Part shown: positions 50,178 to 61,331 of the stretch, piece after piece | Layout of the letters: every line of letters begins with the position of its first letter | How positions within the stretch are numbered: position 1 is the stretch's first letter | Assembly: GCA_964247055.1 (NCBI GenBank) | Contig: OZ176056.1 | Location: forward strand, 806,001 to 870,000 | DNA: 64,000 bases | From: Paragordius varius | Taxonomy: Eukaryota > Animalia > Nematomorpha | Reading direction: 5' to 3' | The notes under the pieces: generated by a model | Databases searched by the model: none | What the model saw: the letters and a program-made list of their open reading frames with translations, nothing else | What the model was told of the DNA's origin: nothing | Made by a program: the position numbers and the translations under genes

Positions 50178-53100
50178 CTAAATTTCTCCAACATCGGTGT
50201 CAGCTAAAAAAATAAATGAAATATATAATTTCGCGTTTAAAGTTAATTTATTTTAAATAAAATTTATATTTTCTACAAAACCTACAGCTTCCAGATCTAT
50301 AGAGAGAAAATATAATTTAATATTTTTTAGAATAAATTATATATTCTTACATTCCTCGGCGTTTACCATATCTGTTTAAAATTGAATTAAAATATAAATC
50401 TTACCATTTAAATCTTCCGATATTTCTAATAAAAAATTTATTCAAGCATATATGTACCCACAATGTTTTGGTCCGTAGCTAAAATATTTTTTATAAAAAA
50501 AATTAGCCAAAATTATATTTAAAAGTTGTCAAGAATTTTTTTTATAAATCCAAACTGAACCTATGACTCCGGTTGCACCTTCTAAAACATAATATAATTT
50601 ACATTAAAATAAAAATAATACCTGTATATCTTTGCTCCAGAACTGTTTATATAAGAACATGTTTTTTTAAAAAAAATTTCAAATATATAAGAGAAATATG
50701 GCTTGGTTTTCGACTGGTATAAAATATGCGGTAAAAAGTTAATTAAATTTGAAAGAATTAAAACTAAGATAAAACATAAAATTGGTTCTTAATTGAATAT
50801 TTTAAATATTTTTAATTTTAGAATAAATAAATTTTACATCATAATTTTACACATGATAAACACATAACAAAAATTAGATTGGCTATTTTCATAAGCTGTT
50901 ACGGTCACAGTATCGTTTATAAGGGCATTTGAAATAAAAAACTGATCAAACCCAATCTTACTTATAATATTAACCTTGGAATTGGTCCTCTACATCTTAA
51001 ATTAAAATAATATTGAAATTTATGTAAAAAATATACCTTCCAACAGTTCTTTTACATCTAAAAAATATATATTATAATAATTTTGATTAAATTAAAGTTT
51101 ATACTTGAAATTTGATCCCTAAAAACTATGAAAGAAATTATTATTTAAATAATAATTGTTTGGGTGTAATGCCAATTATAACATACTTTGTAAGAAATCT
51201 ACAATAAATTATTGCAATTATTAAAATAGAGTATACTTGATTCGCCCAAAGCTGTAAAATATTGAATTATAAAATCAAATTTTTATAAACTCTTACAATT
51301 TAGGAGGCTTTGAGGTTCTGAACCACTCATGCGCATGACTAAAATTTATGCAATGAATATTAATTAATTCTAACTTTCAGATTAAATATAAAGCTATCCA
51401 AATTTATAATTTGTTTATAAGTAAAAAATATGGATTTTAATTAATCTTAACAAAAGTATTTGACTTTTGAAAATGTCAGACGTAACATTTGAAAAAAAGG
51501 CAACTTGTGAAAGCCTTCCTATTGTTGAATACTGGTTACTGAATACAAGACCCTCCTAATTTTATACATTTAATGAATTCGCTTACATTTTTTTTTAAAA
51601 ACCATTGTCAGCAAATAAATGGTGTCTTTAATGAAAGCGATTATCATTAATACGATGATCAAGTTAAATTATATTACATTCTGAAAAACCCCGTTTAAAA
51701 CATATGCATATTAAAAAATAATTTACTTCGATCAAAAAATCTGGCATCTTTATGATAAATAAGAAATATTATAAAAAAATTAAAAGACAAAATAAAAAGT
51801 AGCTAATAAAACAGTACTTGAAACTATGTTTTGCGTTTCTTCCACCAAATTTTCTGCACCTACAATGTTAATTATTTTATTACAAAGTCCTTACCTGTTC
51901 CCAAACTTTGCAGAGCTATATATTTTATAAAAATGTGATACCCAAACAGTAAAAATAGAAATTATATGGACAAAATGTAAAAATATAAAAAATTTCTAAA
52001 AGACAACAACCATACTTGTTTAAACCTTAATTTTTCTATGAAAACATTTAATTACAATCGTAAGATGTATATAGTTGATTGTGTTAAATATTTACATCTC
52101 TATTTCATACTTTAAAGTTTTATATAAAAGTAAGATAAGATTTAAAATGTATGGTTATAAAAATATTGACTATATATAACGTTTTGTTCATATTTTTTAT
52201 TAAAATAATTATACATTAATAATTATTAATGTGCCAAATAATAAAAATATACTGAATTCTCCCTTATCAATTAAAATCTTAAACTTATCATTTGTTTTTA
52301 AACATTCGATTTTTACTGTTAATTATTAAAATGTTATTTTTTAAAAAAAAAATAAATGATACCTGTCCTCATTTGATACGTTGCTACAGTTATAAAAAAT
52401 TTTAATTTATAAAAATAATTAATTATATCATTTATACGTCAAATTGGTACAACTCAAATTCCCCTCAAAAATAAATAATTGTGTGTTTTCTAGCAAAATT
52501 AAATCATAATTAATATGAATTATTTCTCTATAAAATAGTATATGTTATTTTTCAAATATTTTGTTAATTTAAAACGAAATTTCATTTTTGAAATTAAAAA
52601 AAATATATGTATACTTTAAAATTCAATTATACACAATATATTTAAGGTGAATTTGAATCGTTCGAGGGTGAATTTGAATTGTTCGAGGGTGAATTTGATG
52701 TGTAATTGGTATAATTTTATATATTCTTTTTATTGTAATTTATAGAAAAATATGAGTTTTACTCTGTTGACCGACGATTTCTCGAGCTGATAAAATATAA
52801 AAAAAATGGTTTTAAAATGTTCTGAACAAATCCTTAAAAATAATAAAATTAAACATTTACCAGTTTGAATTTCTTGAGGTGTATGTTGTGGTCTACTAGC
52901 TAAGAAATATGGTATCCAGTAAAAAGGGGAATTATACAGACGTGTCAAACAAATATTTTTTTCTAAAGAATGCTATTATACATTTTTAAACCTTAATTAT
53001 TTTACGAAATAAACTATTTAAATACAATTTTAGATGATATAATAATACTTAGTATTAACACTTTACATCTCTAGTCCATATTTTGCAAAGTAAAAAATGA

Positions 53101-56100
53101 AAATATACGGACAAAACGGAAAAATACAAATACCCTTTTTTAATCAAAAGACAACCATACCTATTTAAACCTTAATTTATCTTATAAAATTACAATCGAA
53201 ATATAAATAAATGATTATATTACCAATATACATATCTATTTCGTAAAAACAGTTTAAAACAAGGCGTCACATTTAGAAACACATATTTTAAAAACGATGG
53301 TTGTCTTTAAAATAATATTTGTCCTTAAATTTTTACATCTGTATAATTTCAATTTTTACTCTATTATAATTAATATAAATTTTTAGATAAAATTTAATTA
53401 CCAATATCCTCAGTATCTAATCTAGGTCTCTTTGCAGGTGGGCCAGCTTAAAATATAATTAATTTTATTTAATTTAAATAAATATTCAAGATAAAAATTA
53501 AAAAATATTTATTAAACAAGCATTTCTTACCCTCGCTTTCGGCATCTGTAACGAAAATAATTATAAATTTTTCAAATTTTATAATTTATACAAATTTTAA
53601 ATTATATAGATTTTTTTAAATAGAGATTAATGGATATGTAAATTTAGCAATAATTAACCATGAATTTTTCGATTACTACAAGATATCTTTGTTGTATGTA
53701 ATAATAAAACAGTTGTAACTTTTTGCGGGACTAATTATTTAAAATTTTTTTATGTTCAAAAAATTCGCTTACCAAAATTAATAATTACTTTATGTTTTTA
53801 AATTTCCAAAAAATGTAAATATACCATACCCAAATTTGGATTTGACCGCGAAGGGCCTGCATTTTCCAGAGAATTTTGTTCGCCATTGTTTTCTTGAACT
53901 GATTGGAGGTCGCCATTTTCATTATTTTGCATTTCTTGATTATCGCTATTGGATTGTTGAGGTTCAGTTGGATTTTCATCACCATCATTATTAGTGTTTA
54001 GATTTTCTTCAGAATTACTGAGCCCATTGGCACCTCCTTGTACAATGGAACCACTAATTGCTGTTCCCTGAGAGGCTTCAGCTCCAACAATCCCTTAAAT
54101 AGTTTACAGCATGCAAAGATCCTTTTAGATTTTTAGGTTAATTTTATAAAACTGGGATATGTAATTAATATTTAATTATAGAGTAATTTTCAGTAAAAAA
54201 TTAGAATACTAGTTTAAAATCTAAGCGATTGGGTTACTTATGTTTTGAACTCTTTAGATAAAAAAACATTATCCAAAATGAGTTATCCAGTATAATTTTG
54301 AAAGGTAAAGAATAATAAAATAGAATTATATTTTACGGTTAAAATTTTATGCCTACAAATAAATTAAAAATCGAATTTGGTTTTTCAAAAGATTTTTAAT
54401 TGTAACTATTGTATTAAACTATTAAGCATGAAATAGAGATGTAAATTGATCAATGTAAAATAAAATTTTATAGAAAAAGTGTGTTTGCCTTTTGAAAAAA
54501 ATTTGTCTGTCCGTATAATTTCAATTTTTATAATATATTTTTTTAATTTTTAAACCAATTAGGGTATTTATTTATAAAAATAGGTTTAAATTTTTAAAGC
54601 TTGACAGAATCCATATTAATTTTGCAGGGTTAACTGTCAGAAAGATTGTTGAAATTATACGGACAAAGCAAAAAACATATAATAACAACTTTTTTTGAAA
54701 AAGTATTTTTTTAAACTCGTTTTAATTTTTACAGCCTTTATATTTCAAAAATATATACTTACCGCCAAATACACCTGTAAATTGATGAAAAATTGTTATA
54801 ACATTGTATGTGAAAAAAAAATTAATTTAGAATTCATAAAATTTTCATACCTGTAGATGCTATATATAAAAACATAGGAATGATTTAAATTCTTTCTATG
54901 AACAAAGATTTGATTGTAACTATTATTTTTAAAATAAAACATTTAATAACTACATAATTTTATCTAAAATAAAAAAAAATTATTACAGTAAAAATCGAAA
55001 TCATACGGACAAAACGTAAAAATGTAATGACAAATATTTTGTTTAAAAGACCACTCTATTTTTGTAACTTTTAGTCTTTTATATAAATTATTTAATCACA
55101 ATATAATACTAATTCATTATTATCTATAATTACTACTTTGCAGTTTGATATAATGGGTTATACTCCAAAAATCAAATTTATAAAGGTGCAGAGCGGTTTT
55201 TTTGAAAACAAATATGGGTCTCTTTATTTTTACGTTTTGTCCGTATAATGATACTACTGTATGTTTTAAAATTTATTTATTTTATATTGCATACCTCCAA
55301 GGATAGCAGCGGATGTTCCAATTATCGTTGATATACCATTGTTTAGATTGGTAGATGTTTTATTTAAGTTTTTATGTGTCGCCTTATTACCTATGGCTTT
55401 GGGTCGATTAAATTCAAATCTCACATGGTTTTTATTATTAACGGGCGGTTTTTTCGTTCTTTGAGAAATTTGAGAAGACGAAACATTATTATGTCCCGAG
55501 GTATTTAAATTATTTCTATTATTTTTATTTTCTTCATTGTAAGTATTTAGAGTGGTGGTATTAAAATTTGCGGATAATTCAGCAAGGAATCGATTCAAAG
55601 AAAGCACCACTATGATAAAAAAAAAATCTAACTAATAGGATAGGTTTTAATACTATAAATATGGGTATTTTATAGTGATAGAAATATTGACCAATTTAAT
55701 GTATTTTAGTTTTACTTTACGAATTAAATTACATTTTCTAAATAACGCGTGTCCCCCTCCCTTTTCCTCCTCAGAAAATAGAGATTGAACTCTATTCACA
55801 TAATAAAATATTTTTAGGCCAAAATAATTTAATTTAGTATAATAACATTGATTCTTAAATAAATAAAAATAGCGGATAGCTAGTTTTATCAATACAACTT
55901 AAATGGGTATTTTAATCATAGTATCTCAAATGAAAAAGCAACTTTTTTATCTATTAAATATTCAACACAATGTTCCGCCTCATAAATTGATTTTCCAGTA
56001 ATAAGAAGCCAATATAGGATCAATCTTGTGCATATTATTATTATAACCTTTAATTCAATGTTTAATTCAACAAAATCAATACGAAGTTTTACCTTTTACC

Positions 56101-56534
56101 CCCAATAAAACCGGTCCGACTGCATATATGCCTTAAATAAGGGTATTAAACAGATTTTATACTACTACAGCAAATATTTAACTTAAAAAATTCATATTAA
56201 AAAGGAAACACCAATTTTTCTTTTAAATAGTTGTATAATTTAATGTCTATAGAAAAAGAAGTAGGCTTTATAGTTTTAAAAACCAATATATATTTAAACA
56301 CAACGGGTAATGAATGAATGTTTTATGTTGATTGGTTATCTCTAAAAGCGGTTTTAATTGGGTAAAATTAATATTTGGTTATAACACTCTTAAAAAGGGT
56401 TAAAATCAGTTCAATTTTTGTTTAAATTTTTTTTAATTAAAATCCATCTATTGATCGATATTCTTAATGATAGTATTTTCTTCAACGGATTGGGTTGGAA
56501 TATAAAAAAAATATAAATTTGTTTAAGCTTACAT
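50178..56534 (-). CDS. Uncharacterised putative secreted protein (~377 aa) encoded by a micro-exon gene
   Basis: Exons 56534-56533 (AT), 56131-56100, 55609-55295, 54859-54851, 54774-54763, 54093-53830, 53787-53773, 53545-53531, 53446-53402, 52899-52861, 52786-52763, 52383-52363, 51915-51895, 51859-51818, 51747-51727, 51338-51297, 51251-51237, 51198-51187, 51057-51037, 50995-50975, 50642-50622, 50581-50561, 50478-50458, 50425-50405, 50371-50351, 50296-50282 and 50203-50178 (stop). Every exon from 55609 to 50282 is AG/GT-bounded, a multiple of 3 and phase 1, and the joined frame is open. Confidence 0.8.
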
Positions 56535-59500
56535 GGCGCTCTGTCTGTATTGTTCTGAAAAGATATACATAATATTAGGTAAAATAATTAAAGAAAAACT
56601 ATATATCTTACGATTTTAAAATATTTCAAAAAACATAAAGCAAATTATCTTATTCTTATTGATGGATATCAAGCTTTAAACCAGGGGTCTCCACTGCCCG
56701 CGAAATACATAATTTGTAATGATTTTATCAAAAATTTTACTAAATAGTTCTTAAACAAATTTTTTTAAATTGGTCGATAAGCAATGAGCTAGATAAAATT
56801 GTTATGATATATATCTATTTTACAATCCTATGGTTAAAATCTAAGATATTTTTAAAGCCCATATACAGTTAAAAATACGGACTAAACGTAAAAATATAAA
56901 GACAAATATTTTTTTAAAATACCATACTTTTAAAATATAAATCATTGCTGAGACAAAGTGGGATACAGTTAGATAAACTAAGACAATCAATTCTATATTT
57001 TACAATTGTACTTGAAACAGCTTATGTGGGAAAAATTAAGGTTTAAAAAAGTATGGGGTTGTCTTTTAAAAAAAATATTTGTCTTTATATTTTTACATTT
57101 TGTCCCTATAAGGGCCAGTTATGTGTTTGACTATAAAATGCAGTCTGCTAAACTATTTGTGTTAGAAACTCAATTTAGAAAAAAATATCTCAAGATCAAT
57201 AATTGAAGGCTGATCTTAAAAAATTTGATTCGAAATTAAAATCAAATAAAATTCACGTTTAAACTATTTATATATATAAAACAAAATATATGATATAAAT
57301 TTTCATACCGGATAAGCTGATTTTTATAATAAAAATATCATTACATTAAATATAAACCATTTACAGTTCAAATTCACCCTTAAAGAATTCAAATTCACCT
57401 TAAAATTGATTGTGTGTTTAATATTAAAAATTACCTTTATTTTAAAATATTTTTAAAATATGAAATTCTATTTAAAATTAATATAATAAAGAATAAACTA
57501 TGTCGTAAAAATATATTTAATATTAATGATGAGTTAGTTATATTAGCTGCCCGAAAACACATAATTTATTTTTGGGGTGAATTTGAATTGTTTAAGGGCA
57601 AATATGAATTATAATTGGTATATAATATATAATAGTTTTACCTATTATCACTCTATAATCATTAGGGGCTCCAGTTAAATTGAGACCTTTGGAAAGGACA
57701 TTCCAAATAACTTAAAAACAATTAAAAATCATAAAATTAAAAATGAATTTTTTTTTCAATTTATAAAGATTTCAAACAACCTTGACTATGATTCTGTAAA
57801 GGTGGCGATGAAAAGGCATCTATAAAAAAATTATTAAATATATCACTATAAGTATATAACAAATCATGGTTTATGGAATTTTAAAAAGGATTTATAAACA
57901 ATTTAAAATCGGTTTTAATATTTTAATGGATTTAAGATGGCTAAAAATATTTTTAAGTCTCATGATTGTGGAAATTGAAAAGAAATCGCTTCCCGAGGGC
58001 ATGATTTAATTTTTTTTTAATTTTTTTTCGATAATAACCAATTAAATATTGACTATTATAATTTTTAATAAAGTGTAAAAAAATTGGAAATTAAGATTTT
58101 TCATTATGATATTTAAGTCAAAAATAGATAATAAAAATCTCATTAAAATATTTTTAAAAAATTTAAAATACTTTGGCACAGAATAACTAGAATAAACAAT
58201 TTTTTAAACATTTCGGCAAAAAATCAAATTTTGAATTATTAATATTTTTAGTAATTTAAAATTTTTTATTATTATATAAAGATATTTATAACTGATAGCT
58301 GCTATTTTTAGATTCCAATCACACAAACATAAAATAAAGTTCAAAGTACATTATAAGACCAACAAATACGGAATATATATATTATATATTTTTTTAATCA
58401 TTTTATTTCGATTCACTTTTATAAATATTTTTGATAATAAATATCGCATTTATTTTGTAAAATAAAATAATTTTAATAAAGTGTTACTTTATTTAAGCGG
58501 CGGCATACCATATAATTTTTTTAAAGATGTCATGAAAAATGGCTCTATATGTACTAATTATTTTAATTTTTGTTTCTGTTAGCAAAATTTTCAAAGATAT
58601 ATTAAAAAATTTGTTTTAAAAAAAATTAAAAATTTAGTTTATCTTTAATAAAAAAATCGTATCTATTATCCTTTACGGTTTTCAGCCATAATAAATGACA
58701 ATTTTTACCTTAAAGAACTCACTCATGGCACTTTACGAAATCTAATCAAAGGGTAATAGGTGTCATAAACCATTTTTAATTCAAATTCACCCTTGAACAA
58801 TTCACATTCATCCTAAAAATAAATTATGTGTGTTCGGGCAGCTAATATAACTCATCATTAATAAGAAACATTTTCTTATGGCAGAGTTTATTATTTTTTC
58901 AGTATTATTATTAATTTTAAACGAAATTTCATTTTTTAAACATATATATAATATAGGTAATCTTAAAAAGCACATAATTTATTTTAGGGTGAATTAAAAC
59001 TGTAAATCGTATATAGAAATATTTGACTAAAATAATATTTTTAAGAATTGGTAAAAAACAATATTTTATATTAAATAGATATATTTATAACTTTAATCAG
59101 ATTTTTCTTAAATTATAAAATGTTGTATTTATTATTATGATTTATTTTTTCAATTTCCCGGGCTGTAAAATTTTTGGAGGGGCGCATATAAAAAATAACC
59201 ATATATATATATATATATATTGGGGTAATCACTGAAAAAATATTATAAAAAAATTTGCAAAAAGCATTTGAGGGCATTTTAAATCGAGCCTAGGATTTCT
59301 TTTATTATTAAAAAATAGATATACCATAGACATAGAGTGTTAATATCATAAGTTATTTTCTTTTAAGAATAATGTATTTTTATTCAATAAAATCACCATT
59401 TTCGACTTAAATACTAAATATAACCTGGCAGAACAAATTATTTCATTATTTTCATTTTATATAATAAGAAATAAAATAATTTCTATTCCTAATTTCAACC

Positions 59501-61331
59501 TTGACATCCAACTGTTATTTCCTATTAATCCATTTAAAAATACCATTTGTAACCTTGATTTTTGGGATTTTATTAATATACATTTGTTAATACAGATAGA
59601 AGAGTATATAATTCTATTTATATATATATATCGTTTTATAAAAAATCTTTAATTGTAATACAAAGGTAATATTAGTTTTTTGACAATCTCGCGTGGATTC
59701 GTTTCTATATATGAGATAATACAATATCCTGATGGGTTCTGAACCCCATATAGGAAAATAATTTAAAAATTACAATTTATTAGTTTTTATACTAAAGAAA
59801 AGCGTGATACCTTGACTTTTTAGTCATTTATAAGGAGTTTTTTTGAACACAAAATAGCATAAGTCATCTCTACAAATAATTTTTTATACAAACTTTATAA
59901 TACCAAAATAGCGGGCTGTGTTTTGAGTTTACGATTTTATCGTTTCTTCATATAAAAGCTTTATTTTTAAATGACAGAGCATAATTTGAAAACATTTTAA
60001 TCCCGATATCCAAGTATCCTCAAAAAAATCAGATTTTAAATAAATAAGCCTATTCCTATCAAGATTTTAGATAAATTTCCATGTGAAAATTGATGGCTAG
60101 AATTTTTTGAATAAATTGTCGTTTAGGTATTATGGTGAAGTGCTTAAAATGAAATCCGTTTCTATGTGAGAATGGACGGGATGGAATATATTCCTGTCTT
60201 GATAAAAACTAATATATTCTAGACTTTTTCCCTAATAAATATATATACATATAATATAAATGATTAATTTATTTTTAATGCAAAAAAATGTGTAATTTTG
60301 TGGTTCATTTTTTATTATTCTGTAACAATAGAGCACTGATATAAGAAATATGGATGCATACAAAATAAATAAATTAATATTCATAAAATGACACATTGAC
60401 AAGCCTACTTAATGAGTTGTTTCTTAAAAGCACACCAATCTGAAAAAACCTCTGTATTTAGATTGAGTTTAGGTATTAATAATAATTTTTGAAGAGAGCG
60501 CCATTATAAAAAAAATTAAGTTTTTTACTATGGACACCAAAATCTAAAATACATTTTCTTTACAAAGGAGCTGAAATTTTAAAGGTTATTTTACCATTTC
60601 AAATATATAATTTTAAATTTCAATTTTTATTCAGTTGTAATATATAAAACCATATTTTTTGGTTAATTGCGTTTTTTACTACTTTGTTGCAAACATACAT
60701 TTTAAGGTTGTTTTTGAACAGTGATGACTGAAAAAATTCAATCATAACAAGTGTCAGACCGAATATTTTAGCAAATATTACCAAAAACATACGAATTACA
60801 GTTTATTTGTTTAAGCTGCTGGTTGAATGTTAAAATTTTATTGATCTCAAAAAACTTTTTATATTTAATACTTTCATTTACGTTGCGTTAAATTAATACT
60901 TTTCCTAAAGTGATACGCCCTATTTATACCCCAAAAATTTAAAATATATGTTTTTGGATATAATTAATTATTATAATTTTTATACGATTTTTAAGCGATT
61001 TTTTATTCCCTAACAGTCTACAACCTTCTTATGTGTAAAAAATAATACTTTATATTTATACTATATAGCTAAAAAACACCGCGCATTTCTTATATCTATA
61101 AACGGTGAATACCAATGCCAGATTTATATTATGCACTATTTTATTTGTACAATTGAAAAATTTTTCCCATTTTTTTAACCATTTTTTAATTACTTTTTAA
61201 TTTTTATAGATTTAAATTTTCCCCGATAGATATAAAATTTGTAAAAAAAAATATAAATAGATTTTTTTTGACGAATTGGTTTATTTTTTTAATATTTTAC
61301 GATATTTTTTAAAATTCCAAATTATTTTAAA

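Noticed and set aside
51105-51118. 14-nt AG/GT-bounded candidate exon (also 17-nt 53675-53659, 20-nt 53730-53711 and 19-nt 51393-51375)
   Set aside because: Not multiples of 3, and inclusion leads to a premature stop. Probably chance sites, though poison exons cannot be excluded.
55653-55892. ORF MIKLAIRY... as the N-terminus of the micro-exon gene
   Set aside because: It starts at TTG, has AT-rich intron-like composition and has no phase-1 donor to the 55609 acceptor.
57006-57614. Short ORFs such as 57006-57206, 57414-57614 and similar F/K/I/N-rich ORFs elsewhere
   Set aside because: They fall within MITEs or AT-rich introns, and their composition reflects base bias rather than coding.
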